Shown piece after piece: positions 24,641-37,929 of a DNA stretch of 64,000 bases (position 1 is the stretch's first letter; the number at the start of each line of letters is the position of its first letter). The DNA comes from Macrostomum lignano (lineage: Eukaryota). The stretch spans positions 1 through 64,000 of the forward strand of contig NIVC01003410.1 in NCBI GenBank assembly GCA_002269645.1. The letters are read 5' to 3'. Under the pieces are notes generated by a model that saw nothing but the letters and a program-made list of their open reading frames with translations, searched no databases and was not told where the DNA came from. Position numbers and translations under genes: made by a program.

Positions 24641-27600
24641 TGGGGAGCAAGATACATGTATACCAAGCAACTACAACCAAACATTAAAAAATAGACCTTG
24701 GCCAAAAAAGTTACCGGCCAAGAAAGTATGGCTAAATTTTTTTTGGCCACGGCTGAGGGGGGGCATGGCCCTCTTCCCCCACCCCCTGGATCCGCCCCTA
24801 CCAAACCACCATAACTTGATCCTTTCAACAGCCAATCAGGACAAGCGCAGGGTAGAGAATACGTGATAGGCCAGGGGGCCGCACTGATTGACGCAGATGA
24901 CGCAGACGAACCGGACATGCCCCGAACCAGGACAGAAAAAATAGGGCTGAGTGGTTAAGCAAACGCGATGAAGAGGTTTCGCTTTTCTTTTTTTCTTTGC
25001 ATTTGAACTTTGTTTATTTTTAAATATATTTTAAGCGAATAAGTGATCATAAAAACCTCTCACGGTCATTTATCCGTCACGGTAAATTGGTTCAAAATGA
25101 AAGGCCTTACGTTGAAATAAATTCAACACCTAAGCCTTTCCTATGCTTGCATCGAAAAAAGGTGTACAAGCAATTGTTAGCATGTCTTTATTTTGCTTCA
25201 ATTGCTACAACCTAAATATTGGGTAACTGGTGGCATTGTTTGCCTCCTGATAGTACCCCTTGATACCCCTCACCTGCTTCTTTGCTACCCTTAACATCCC
25301 CTCATTTGAGTCTTTGGTCTCCTACCTTAGACTTTGCTCCCTGATGTCCCATCACCTGAGTCTTTGCTCTCCTAAGATCCCCTCATCCGTTTCTTCGCTC
25401 TGCTAGAGATTCCCTTATCTGAGTCATTGCTCTTCTTGTGTTTCCTCACTGAGTCTCTACTCCCCTTGACATTCCCTCATCTGAGTCTTTAGATCCCGTC
25501 TTTAGTCCCGTGTTTAGTCTTTAGTCCCTTAGATCCTGTCAATTGAGACTTTTGCTCCTCTTGATATCCCTTCACTTCAGTCTTAGCTCCCCTTGAAATC
25601 CCCGCACCTACTAAGACTGCTCCTCTTGAGATTCCGCTCCCTGACGTTCCACCACCTAAGACTTGACTCCATGAGATTTTTACACCTGAAACTGTCCCCA
25701 CTGGAAATTCGCCAAAAGAAATGTCAAAATAAGAGCACAGCAGCTGTCAGTCACTTACCGTATAGTCGCTGTGCGCCTGGGGGCGATAGAAGGCTCTTAT
25801 TGGCACCGAGACTGCGTTTAGTTGTGTCACCAGCTTATTGAAGGCGATAAAAATTCAGCGGCTGTAAAAAAGAAAGTTACGGTGAGAATTTAAATTGGCG
25901 CGATTTGACGTTGCTGCTGAGTTTCAGAAATGATACACTTTCACGTAATCAGTGGAAACGTGTAGTTTTGATTTGAATTCAATGTTGAATAACTTTTTCA
26001 AGAATAAGGATGTCCAAGGACAACTAAAGCAACATATATATACTTAAGTAGTCCTGTAGGATGTCAAGAACAGCAGAGGCTCAAATGAGGGGATAAGGAT
26101 GTCAAGAAGAGCAGAGGCTCTAGTGAGGAATCTTTAAAGAAAACCAAAGCAAAGTTGAAGTGCACATATGGATCAAAGACACGGGTGAGGGGATCTCAAG
26201 GGTTTACCAAGACAGAATGAATGCTCTTAAGGGGGTCAAATTCTTAACTGAAGATACTCAGTTATTCAGGTGATACTCAGGTGATGCAATCTCAGGGAGA
26301 CAAGGCTCTCCCTGGGATCCCCTGGGATTTTCAAAGAGTCTTTACACCCCCTGAAATCCCTCACATAAGCTTTTGATCCCCTTAGGAGCCGCTCACTGTG
26401 TCTTGGTTCCCTTTGTGGTCCCCTCACCTAAGTCATTGCTTCCCTTTTAGACTGTTCCCCTGATAAGCCATCAACTTTGACTACCTGAGGGCCCCTCATT
26501 TGAGACTAATCGGCTCCCTGATATCCGTTCACATGCAACTTGGCTCGATGAGATTTTTTACCTGAAACTGTCTCCCAGAGGAGATTTAGCAACAGAAGCA
26601 CAAAAATAAGAGTGCTCCAGCTGTCAGTCACTTACCGCTCAGTCGCTGTGCACCCTCGGGGACGCGACAGAAGCACTTATTGGCACCGAGACCAGATTGT
26701 TCAGTTGTGTCACTTAACCAGCTTGTTGAAGGTGAGCAAACTATATAATGGCTGTGGAAATGAAAATTAGGGAAAAAGGAAAATTAGGTGAACTCATGCA
26801 CTGAAATGGAGCCCAAATGTGGGCTGATTCAAGTCGTCTAGAAACGCCGAGACACCTCATCGAGGTCCCTTCCATGGCGCGTCTCAGAGGATAAAATGAG
26901 AAAGCAGCGTCACTTACAACTCTTGCCTCATCTCTACTCGAGTCTTTCTTATTGTCTTCTTAAAAAGTTATTCAAGTGAAGCACTTTTCCTATTCAGTTT
27001 GAATATATGAGCGTGGTGAGCCGGTAACGTCGCCGAAAAAAAGAAGCTATGACCCCCGTGAGATGTGCCCTGAGATGCCCGATCGTTCCTTGAGATTCCC
27101 CAACAAAAATGCACGATAAAAGTGCACCACTTGTCAGTCACTTACCGCACAGTGGCTGTGTGCCCGATATGGCACGACAGAAGGCTCTTATTGTCTCCAA
27201 GGCCGGATCGTTCAGCTGCTTTTTGCAAATGATTTAAGCCGAGCAAGCTGGGCTTTGACCCGAAAATGAAAAGCAAACTCGAATTTAAAGTCGCGCAAAC
27301 TTAATGCGGTTGCCGAGTTACGAAAGAGCCTTCCGTTGTGAAGCGAATTGTACACTGATGTATGCAGAGTATGGAGTCGGACTTTAAATGAATTCGGACT
27401 GCTGAGAATGAGCATGTATACGAGTATGAGCATATTGGGGCCCTGTGTAGCTGTCTGCACCTGCAGACAGTTGCAACTGGACTCGAAGGAGTGAGTTGTA
27501 ACTCTTTTATTGAATAGAATTGACGAAGTTTCCATTCCTTACCGAAGTTTTATTGTTCTGGGCGGTCTTTTCATCTTTTACTGGCATTTAAAGCAATGGC

Positions 27601-27954
27601 AGGGTTAAGGCATTGCATCTTAGCCTCAGGATACAAAGTAGCTAAATCTCAATCTCGATCTGCATTTTTTTCTTAGACAAATTTGCTACACTCAATTCAT
27701 AAAAGATTTTGAATTCGCGCTCACAATTGAGACTTGATTTTCTGCCATGTTAACTTGAATTGACGCCAATGCGAAATAACCGGAAAATCTTTGATGATTA
27801 AGCACGTAATATCACATATTTTCTCTGCGATAAGCAAGATTAGCGAGGAACGAAAATTTGATGTTTGATCTGATGTTGACTAAGACTCAGCTAGTCTATC
27901 ACTCCCAGGATCCCCGTGGAGTCCTTGTGTGAGTCCACTTGTGGAGTCATTGAA

Positions 27955-28110
<156 letters not shown>

Positions 28111-28114
28111 TCGC

Positions 28115-28400
28115 AGAGACATGTCGCAGTGTGTACATGTCAGAAAAAGAAATTAGTGTTGACGAAGAGCTAGTCTTGTTCAGGAGTTGCGTCATTTTTC
28201 GTCAATATATTCCATCCAAGAAAGCGCGATGTGGCATCAAACTGTATTTTCTTTGCGAAGCTAGATCCGGTTACGTCAGCAACTTCTTAGTGCACTCTAG
28301 TAGAGCTGAGAATGAGCGATTCGGTCTCGGGTGTGGGGGGCTGTCTCTGGAGTGAGAAAGTCCTGGTGGATCTACCGTGGAAATATTAGAAGGCTAAAAG
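28115..28400 (+). mobile_element. piggyBac-family transposase fragment (relic)
   Basis: [46 protein letters not shown] matches the PGBD SVDE...FRQYIPSKP..YGIK...LCD..SGY block around the first catalytic Asp; stop at 28355; no TIRs seen. Confidence 0.8.
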
Positions 28401-30269
28401 ACTACCGTACCCAATTTGTAAGATTTGTTTTTATTTATTTCTTTTAATTTACACTCCTGTGTTTTTTACTGTTATTTTTGACAGTTAGTCCAAGGTTAGC
28501 AATTTTTCCCTATTTATTGCATCTGTGGTTTGTTATAGTTTTCTCGTTGCTTAGTAATTATAGCGATAAATCGATGCCTAGTTAGATCAGATTAGATCGC
28601 GAAGAATTAACTCCACTATTACCAAGTGCTGTACATTCATATTCATTGAATTCCAACCAGATAAGGCAGATATTTCTATTATTTTACAGGACAAGGTATT
28701 TTTTGTTAGAGCTTCATAATGAAAGGAGAACTGATAAGTGGAAGCCTAGCCTAGCAAAGGTTATTTGACTATTGGTTACGAACTGTGTCAGTAGTCAGTA
28801 CTAAGTTTCCCATGACAAGGAGAACTAAAAACTTACTTTTTGGAGCACAGATTGAGTTTTTTACTAGATTAGTCCAATAGTTAAAGCACTTATATTTTGA
28901 AAATTGTTTGTTCAATATCTACTCAATCAATACTGAATAGTATTGGTTAGATCAATTTGTAAGAAATTATCATTAGCTAGTCATCACCCTCATCAGACAT
29001 CACACATCAGTGATGTTTATTAGGATTTCTACGACAACTTGTCTTTTCAGCTTTTTGTTTTATTGTGCAATAGCAAAGGGCACTGGTGACACAAAATGAT
29101 AAAGACATTATAATATGATATGAATTTTTTTTTCAAAATTTCACTTTAAAGTGATGGAATACAAGGTTAAGAGACGAAGTCACCAAAGGCTTCAAAAATT
29201 TCTATAGCAATTTTATATTGTTCTTCTATGTTGCTTGTGTATAATTCTTTTGCTTTGTTTTTTATGCAAAATAACTTTAAAGTGGTTTAGTATTATCAAT
29301 TATTTAAATCTCTGTAATTATAAATTATATACATTAAGATATCAAGTGACCAATTCCAAAGTGTGCAAATATTTGTTGTTTAAATTGATTTAATTTTTCA
29401 TCAAGTCCAAGAAATATTTTATTATGATATCAAGTTAAAAATTAATGTATCTGTAGTGTTATCATCCTGGAAGAGTTAGTGTTAAGTCATAAGTGGAAAA
29501 AAGATTGAAAAGTTACTTTTTAAGCATAAATTTCAAGCTTTCTAGTTTCAAGCTCATAATAAAACATGGAAACAAATGTTTGTGTGTATCCATTTTCCAC
29601 TATAGATTAGGGAAAAAAGATAAATAAGCAACCAAATTATCTGCCAAAATTGATTATTTATGCAACACAAAAAGGTCATTTTTGTTGCAAAACTGGCATA
29701 GATTTGAGAGTGTACACCATGCACTAAATTTTTTTGGTATGCATTTGTAACTATTTAATTTTTGTATGGGCATGCAGCAAGCATGCTCCAGACTATGGGT
29801 GTCATAACTCATAATGCCTATTGAAGAATCAAAATGATAACTATTATATAAAATACAATAAAATGCCTAAGTAAATGTTCCAAAACTCATTAATTATTTT
29901 ATTACAATAATTTTTGTAGCATAATGTTAATGATAATGGTTAGCCAGATGCCTATATTATGAGTTAATTGTGGCTATTATTTAGTGAATACAAAATCTTA
30001 GACTTTAACAAATCCTGAGATCCTAACAAATTGGATCCTGGGATTGAAAAAATTCCAATCTTTGTTGGTGCAATTTGGGTTATGAAGTAGCCTAATCTGA
30101 ATATAAAAGGGCTTTTAATAATAAAAAATAGAATAAAATAGAATATCTTTTAAACAGGAAATTGACAATGAGCTTTGAATTGGAATGCGATGTATAGACT
30201 GGCACAATAGACATGTTTTTTACAAGCAAGTATTAGCTTATCAAGAGTAGAACAACACACTTGATTATG

Positions 30270-31065
30270 AAGTCACATGGGGAATGATACTCATGGATGA
30301 AGAAGTCACATGGGGAATGATACTCATGGATGAAGAAGTCACATGGGGAGTGATACTCATGGATGAAGAAGTCACATGGGGAATGATACTCATGGATGAA
30401 GAAGTCACATGGGGAATGATACTCATGGATGAAGAAGTCACATGGGGAATGATACTCATGACTGAAGAAGTCACATGGGGAGTGATACTCATGGATGAAG
30501 AAGTCACATGGGGAATGATACTCATAGATGAAGAAGTCACATGGGGAGTGATACTCATGGATGAAGAAGTCACATGGGGAGTGATACTCATGGATGAAGA
30601 AGTCACATGGGGAGTGATACTCATGGATGAAGAAGTCACATGGGGAATGATACTCATGGATGAAGAAGTCACATGGGGAATGATACTCATGGATGAAGAA
30701 GTCACATGGGGAATGATACTCATGGATGAAGAAGTCACATGGGGAATGATACTCATGGATGAAGAAGTCACATGGGGAATGATACTCATGGATGAAGAAG
30801 TCACATGGGGAGTGATACTCATGGATGAAGAAGTCACATGGGGAATGATACTCATGGATGAAGAAGTCACATGGGGAATGATACTCATGGATGAAGAAGT
30901 CACATGGGGAATGATACTCATGGATGAAGAAGTCACATGGGGAATGATACTCATGGATGAAGAAGTCACATGGGGAATGATACTCATGGATGAAGAAGTC
31001 ACATGGGGAGTGATACTCATGGATGAAGAAGTCACATGGGGAGTGATACTCATGGATGAAGAATT
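30270..31065. repeat. 33-bp minisatellite (ATGATACTCATGGATGAAGAAGTCACATGGGGA)
   Basis: About 24 copies, ending about 260 bp upstream of the PAQR3-like first exon. Confidence 0.98.
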
Positions 31066-31377
31066 GATAGCTTGAGTTTGTGGTCCAATAGCAAGGTCCC
31101 ACTGTTCTAATCCCAATTATGGCCAAGGAGTTTTGAAGGTAGGAACTGCTTGAAGTGGTTCTGCCACCACCCATTATGCTGAGCATCTAAAGGGTTTCCT
31201 CGCAGTGTTGATAATGAGGTCTTTCGCATAGAGGGACTTTTGATCTGCACAAGATATTTAATTATGTTGTTTACACTGGCAAAAATTTCAATTTCTTAAG
31301 ATTATTTGGATGCATTTTTAATTGCAGGCACCAGCTGGCTCAGTTTAGAGCAGTTAGTTGACCAGATTCTTGTCTCC

Positions 31378-34300
31378 ATGGCAACAGCCATGCTGTCGGG
31401 CCCTGGCGCCGCCCTGGGCAGCGGTCTCCGACGCTCAGCGGGATCGCGTTCGAGTTTCCATGTGTTGGACATTAAATTGGACACTACGGAGCTCGAACTC
31501 GGGACCTCGATGACAGCTGGCACAGAGGATGGGGTGCGGCAAAGAGGGCCGGTGTCTGCCCTGTGCCACACGGCAGACATTGACGTTTTGAAGTACAGTG
31601 ATGTGCCACACTTCCTGCGGCATAACGGCCACATCCGGGAGGGATACACGGCATACCTGTCTGGCTTTGGCTGCATCAGGAGGTGAGGACTGTCAGGTTT
31701 TATGGATACACTCTAGAGTCTAGATAGTACGCTTCCCAGATTCTCAGTTGCTGGGCCAGCCTCCCAGATCCTCATGCAGTTGCTGGGCCAGCCTCCCAGA
31801 TCCTCATGCTGTTGCTGGGCCAGCCTCCCAGATCCTCAGTTGCTGGGCCAGCCTCCCAGAGTGTCAGTTGCTGGGCCAGCCTCCCAGAGTGTCAGTTGCT
31901 GGGCCAGCCTCCCAGATCCTCAGTTGCTGGGCCAGCCTCCCAGATCCTCAGTTGCTGAGCCAGCCTCCCAGATCCTCAGTTGCTGAGCCAGCCTTCCAGA
32001 CCCTCAGTTGCTGGGCCACCCTCCCAGATCCTCAGTTGCTGGGCCAGCCTCCCAGATCCTCAGTTGCTGGGCCAGCCTCCCAGATCCTCAGTTGCTGGGC
32101 CAGCCTCCCAGATCCTCAGTTGCTGGGCCAGCCTCCCAGATCCTCAGTTGCTGAGCCAGCCTCCCAGATCCTCAGTTGCTGGGCCAGCCTCCCAGATCCT
32201 CAGTTGCTGAGCCAGCCTCCCAGACCCTCAGTTGCTGGGCCACCCTCCCAGATCCTCAGTTGCTGGGCCACCCTCCCAGATCCTCAGCTGCTGGGCCTCA
32301 ACTTTTAAGCTTAACTCTAATGACTAAAAAACTGAAGTCTAATTAAATTAAATTTCAGCGTATTCCGATGGACCAATGAGACCATAAACATCTGGTCGCA
32401 TCTATTTGGATTCGGCCTATTCTTCCTGCTCATGCTGGTCGATAACATAATATTCATTCCTCTGTACAATGGCACATTGGCCGATCATCTCATTGTTACT
32501 GGAGCGCTAATGTGTTTTCAGGTCAGTTAAAATCTATTTTTATATACGGTTGATTTCGTTTTTATAAATTTAGCTACTTTAAGTAGAGCAAACCGCATTT
32601 TACACTCGTAATTTAATTATTTTACAGTTCTGCATGCTCTGCTCGTCAGGCTATCATACATTCAAGTGCCATTCGGAGCGAGCGTTTTGGCGTTGGCTCA
32701 GCATTGACCAAGCTGGCATTTGCGTTGGCCTCATCGGTTGCTACCTGCCTTCTGTGCACTTTGGCTTCTACTGCTTGTCCGTAAGTGTTATATTTTTATT
32801 TTACAGCTTCCGTAGCTTCAAGTCTCATTGGGTGAGAGTTCCGTAGCTTTAAATCCCATGGGGTGAGAGTGAGTTCCGTAGCTTAAATTTCATAGCGTGA
32901 GACTTCCGTAGCTTAAATTTCATGGGGTGAGAGTTCCGTAGCTTAAATTTCATGGAGTGAGAGTTCCGTAGCTTAAATCTCATAGTGAGAGTTCCGTAGC
33001 TCAAATCTCATGGGGTGAGAGTTCCGTAGCTCAAATCTCATTGGGTGAGAGTTCCAGAGCTTAAACTCATGGGGTGAGATTTCCGTAGCTTAAATCTCAT
33101 GGGGTGAGAGTTCCGTAGCTTAAATCTCATGGAGTGAGAATTCCGTAGCTTAAATCTGATGGGGTGTGAGTTCCGTAGCTTCAAATCTCATGGGGTGAGA
33201 GTTCCGTAGCTTAAATCTCATGGGGTGAGAGTTCCGTAGCTCAAATCTCATTGGGTGAGAGTTCCAGAGCTTAAACTCATGGGGTGAGATTTCCGTAGCT
33301 TAAATCTCATGGGGTGAGAGTTCCGTAGCTTAAATCTCATGGAGTGAGAATTCCGTAGCTTAAATCTGATGGGGTGTGAGTTCCGTAGCTTCAAATCTCA
33401 TGGGGTGAGAGTTCCGTAGCTTAAATCTCATGGGGTAAGAGTTCCGTAGCTCAAATCTCATGGGGTGAGAGTTCCAAAGCTTAAACTCATTGGGTGAGAG
33501 TTCCGTAGCTTAAATTTCATGGGGTGAGAGTTCCGTAGCTTAAATCTCATGGGGTGAGAGTTCCGAAGCTTAAACGCATGGGGTGAGAGTTCCGTAGCTT
33601 AAATCTCATGGGTGAGAGTTCCGTAGCTTCAAATCTCATGGGGTGAGAGTTCCGTAGCTTAAATCTCATGGGGTGAGAGTTCCGTAGCTCAAATCTCATT
33701 GGGTGAGAGTTCCAAAGCTTAAACTCATTGGGTGAGAGTTCCGTAGCTTAAATTTCATGGGGTGAGAGTTCCGTAGCTTAAATCTCATGGGGTGAGAGTT
33801 CCGAAGCTTAAACGCATGGGGTGAGAGTTCCGTAGCTTAAATCTCATGGGTGAGAGTTCCGTAGCTTCAAATCTCATTGAGTGAGATTTCCGTAGCTTAA
33901 ATCTCATGGGGTGAGAGTTCCGTAGCCTAAATCTCATAGGGTGAGACTTCCGTAGCTTAAATCTCATGGGGTGAGAGTTTCGTAGCTTAAATCTCATGGG
34001 GTGAGAGTTCCGTAGCTCAAATCTCATTGGGTGAGAGTTCCAGAGCTTAAACTCATGGGGTGAGATTTCCGTAGCTTAAATCTCATGGGGTGAGAGTTCC
34101 GTAGCTTAAATCTCATGGAGTGAGAATTCCGTAGCTTAAATCTGATGGGGTGTGAGTTCCGTAGCTTCAAATCTCATGGGGTGAGAGTTCCGTAGCTTAA
34201 ATCTCATGGGGTAAGAGTTCCGTAGCTCAAATCTCATGGGGTGAGAGTTCCAAAGCTTAAACTCATTGGGTGAGAGTTCCGTAGCTTAAATTTCATGGGG

Positions 34301-37177
34301 TGAGAGTTCCGTAGCTTAAATCTCATGGGGTGAGAGTTCCGAAGCTTAAACGCATGGGGTGAGAGTTCCGTAGCTTAAATCTCATGGGGTGAGAGTTCCG
34401 TAGCTTCAAACCTCATGGGGTGAGAGTTCCGTAGCTTAAATCTCATGGGTGAGAGTTCCGTAGCTTCAAATCTCATTGAGTGAGATTTCCGTAGCTTAAA
34501 TCTCATGGGGTGAGAGTTCCGTAGCCTAAATCTCATAGGGTGAGACTTCCGTAGCTTAAATCTCATGGGGTGAGAGTTTCGTAGCTTAAATCTCATGGGG
34601 TGAGCTCCATAGCTAAAAATCTCATGGGGTGAGAGTTTCATAGCCTAAATCTCATAGGGTGAGACTTCCGTAGCTTAAATCTCATGGGGTGAGAGTTCCG
34701 TAGCCTAAATCTCATGGGGTGAGAGTTTCGTAGCTTAAATCTCATGGGGTGAGCTCCATAGCTAAAAATCTCATGGGGTGAGAGTTCCGTAGCTTAAATC
34801 TCATGGGGTGAGAGTTCCGTAGCTTAAACTCTGTCGTGTCGTAGCAATAAGAAAGACTCTTTTCTATTTGAGAGAGCTCTTAGCTGAGCGTAGTACACGA
34901 GACTTCAACTGGTAGCCAAACCGGCCTTTATATTATATTGAATATGACCGACGGCAACATGCCGCCTACATTAGGAGTACAGCGCGATCAAACTTCAAGC
35001 TTTAGCATATAGAATAGAAAGATGCAACGTGCCGCGCGTGCACACTAAGTACGAGTACATTGGTAATGAATACACTAGATATTAAGTACGCAGATACGCA
35101 ACGCGAGTCAGATATAGTTAGTGAGCCCCGCCAAGCGGCGCCACAAACTCATTGGGTAAGAGCTCCGTAGCATTAATCTCGTAGGGTGAGAGTTCTGAGT
35201 CACAAGTCAAATAAAGTTTTTGTACTTACTAAACACTGCCAGCTAAACATTATACGCAATGCGCTCGCACCTTCACCATCTCATTCCAGCTGTGGCGCGA
35301 TATTTACCTGTTTGTCAGCTGCTCGCTGTGCCTGCTGGCCCTGTACTGCTCCCTGCAGACCAGAGGTCACTCCAAAGCCTTCAAACGTGTGCTGCTGCCG
35401 ATGTACTGCTGCCTGGCAGGCTTCGGCACCCTGCCGGCGGTGCACTGGGTCTACCTTAATGGCGGCTTCGGAGCGCCGGTGGTGTCGGTGAGCTGAGAGG
35501 ATTAAAGTTGATGTTTTAAGATCTAAGGGAACTTTTAGTTTTAGGCTAGCAGGAGGTTGAATCAAGTAATGCATCGAAAGTTAGATACAATAGTATGGGG
35601 ATCAAATAGGGATTTTTTATGATGGGATCTCATATGGAGTCGTGGGATCTCAGTTGGGTTCATAGCATCTAATGTGGGATCATGGGGTCTTATGTGGGAT
35701 CATGGGGTCTCATTTGGGATCATGGGGTCTCATTTGGGATCATGGGATCTCATTTGGGATCATGGGGTCTCATTTGGGATCATGGGATCTCATTTGGGAT
35801 CATGGGATCTCATTTGGGATCATGGGATCTCATTTGGGATCATGGGGTCTCATTTGGGATCATGGGATCTCATTTGGGATCATGGGGTCTCATTTGGGAT
35901 CATGGGGTCTTATGTGGGATCATGGAATCTCATTTGGGATCATGGGGTCTTATGTGGGATCATGGAATCTCATTTGGGATCATGGGGTCTTATGTGGGAT
36001 CATGGAATCTCATTTGGGATCATGGGGTCTTATGTGGGATCATGGAATCTCATTTGGGATCATGGGGTCTCACATGTACATGTATGTGGGATTATGACTA
36101 ATGAGATATCATGTAGGAACATGGGATAGAATCTCATATGAGATCGTTGGATGGGATCAAATGTTTGATGAATGATTGGGTCAGGATTAAATGTGATATC
36201 ATGTTGATAATGTATAGATATAATGAGTACGATTATAGCTAGCTATGCCATATTTTGAGTATTTTATAGTACATGTACATGTGTGATGAGTACACATGTG
36301 CATATGCTAGAAGCCAACTGTCATTTTTTATATTTGCATATATGCTTTTAATAGCATTCTACCCTACTGCCTGTTATTGCAGCTCTTCTTCCACAAGATT
36401 GTCGTCGTGTACTTTCTTGCCATGCTAGGCCTGTTCTTCTATGTCAGCAAATTTCCTGAGTGCATTCTGCCTGGTGAGTTTCGCTTGCCTCTGAGGGGGG
36501 TTATCACCGCGTGCTTGCAGCCGCCAGTTGCTGGGTCAGCCTCCCAGATCCTCAGTTGCTGGGCCAGCCTCCCAGATCCTCAGTTGCCGGGCCAGCCTCC
36601 CAGATCCTCAGTTGCTGGGCCAGCCTCCCAGATCCTCAGTTGCTGGGCCAGCCTCCCAGAGTGTCAGTTGCTGGGCCAGCCTCCCAGAGTGTCAGTTGCT
36701 GGGCCAGCCTCCCAGAGTGTCAGTTGCTGGGCCAGCCTCCCAGAGTGTCAGTTGCTGGGCCAGCCTCCCAGAGTGTCAGTTGCTGGGCCAGCCTCCCAGA
36801 TCCTCAGTTGCTGGGCTACCAGCCTCCCAGATCCTCAGTTGCTGGGCTACCAGCCTCCCAGATCCTCAGTTGCTGGGCCAGCCTCCCAGAGTGTCAGTTG
36901 CTGGGCCAGCCTCCCAGATCCTCAGTTGCTTGGCCAGCCTCCCAGATCCTCAGTTGCTGGGCTACCAGCCTCCCAGATCCTCAGTTGCTGGGCCAGCCTC
37001 CCAGATTCTCAATTGCTCTAATATTAAACTCACCCGTCGCCCTCAGGCAAAGTTGACTACATCGGTTCATCGCACCAGTGGTGGCACGCCGTGGTCACTT
37101 TCGCCTTTCTGTACTGGCACAATGCCGGAGGCGAGATGCTGCAATACCGCACGTCCAGTATGGGCAGCTGCGAGTGA
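31378..37177 (+). CDS. PAQR3: Progestin and adipoQ receptor family member 3-like, 6 coding exons
   Basis: Exons 31378-31682, 32359-32521, 32628-32780, 35290-35487, 36383-36473, 37047-37177; all GT-AG and phase-compatible. Motifs LRHNGHIREGY, NETINIWSHL, SSGYHTFKCH, SHQWWH and seven hydrophobic segments. Confidence 0.9.
31745..32295 (+). repeat. 28-bp minisatellite (CAGATCCTCAGTTGCTGGGCCAGCCTCC), PAQR3 intron 1
   Basis: About 19 copies; same family as 36525-37010 and 46590-46690. Confidence 0.96.
32807..35195 (+). repeat. 30-bp minisatellite (GAGTTCCGTAGCTTAAATCTCATGGGGTGA), PAQR3 intron 3, interrupted by a solo LTR
   Basis: Over 60 units with higher-order block duplication; resumes at 35146 after the insert. 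Confidence 0.97.
34832..35145 (-). mobile_element. Solo LTR (314 bp) inserted in the minisatellite
   Basis: Begins TGT, ends ACA, flanked by a 5-bp direct repeat AACTC (34827-34831 and 35146-35150); TATAAA on the minus strand near 34927-34932. Confidence 0.75.
35670..36070. repeat. 20-bp minisatellite (GGGATCATGGGGTCTCATTT), PAQR3 intron 4
   Basis: About 20 copies in two alternating variants. Confidence 0.96.
36525..37010 (+). repeat. 28-bp minisatellite, PAQR3 intron 5 (same family as intron 1)
   Basis: About 17 copies, some with GTGT or TAC variants. Confidence 0.96.
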
Positions 37178-37929
37178 CCTAAAGATCGTTTTTTATTCTT
37201 CTGCACCACGGTAGCTAAATGAATACTACTTATCCCTATTGGAATCCTCAGTAGTACAGCAGGAGTGTCTGTGTTATTCATTTATTAAAAACTCCGTCCT
37301 TTGCACAGTGAACTGAAGTTCTCACTGCTCCACACTCTCAGCTTTGCGCTGCAATTTTTAACTCAATTTTTGCTTTTAAACCAATTGAAATTGGATAACA
37401 GCTGAACTCTGTGCGTGAAAATGGGCTTACTTGTGGCTTAACTTGACTCTGATTTATTAATTTTTTTTAACGCGACTTTATTTTAAATATACATATAATT
37501 TTTCTATCTTTTTCCAGACTGACTACTTGTAGTAACAAAGAAACGCTAGTAGATTTCTATTATTAAAAGAACACGGGACAAAAGAAAAATGTCCGGATTT
37601 TATGTTGGTTTCACTCAATAAAATGACTCGCTAATTTTCTGAGCTTTTTCTTATTTATTTTTTGACATGAAATTTCAATTTCATAAAATACTTTTGATGC
37701 TACTGAGTTAACGCATCAGCATCAGTAGTATATAGCAGAAATGGAGAGCATTATTATGCCGCATCTACAGAAAATATTAATAATATATAGAACTAACTGA
37801 AAGTAATCAATAACCAAGGTTTACAATAATACATACATAGTGCCGATATGTATCGAAATAAACTTAACCAATAGCTAATACAATATAAAACAAAATACAG
37901 TTCGAGGTCAAATGTGCTATCTATATGAA

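Noticed and set aside
24640-24802. Possible MITE end (CCCCCTGGATCCGCCCCT); similar GGCTACGCCA near 13785
   Set aside because: Resembles common DNA-transposon termini, but no matching opposite terminus or TSD was found.
25700-27200. Spliced-leader RNA gene copies
   Set aside because: The repeated donor is not preceded by the terminal ATG typical of flatworm SL exons, and no Sm-site pattern was evident.
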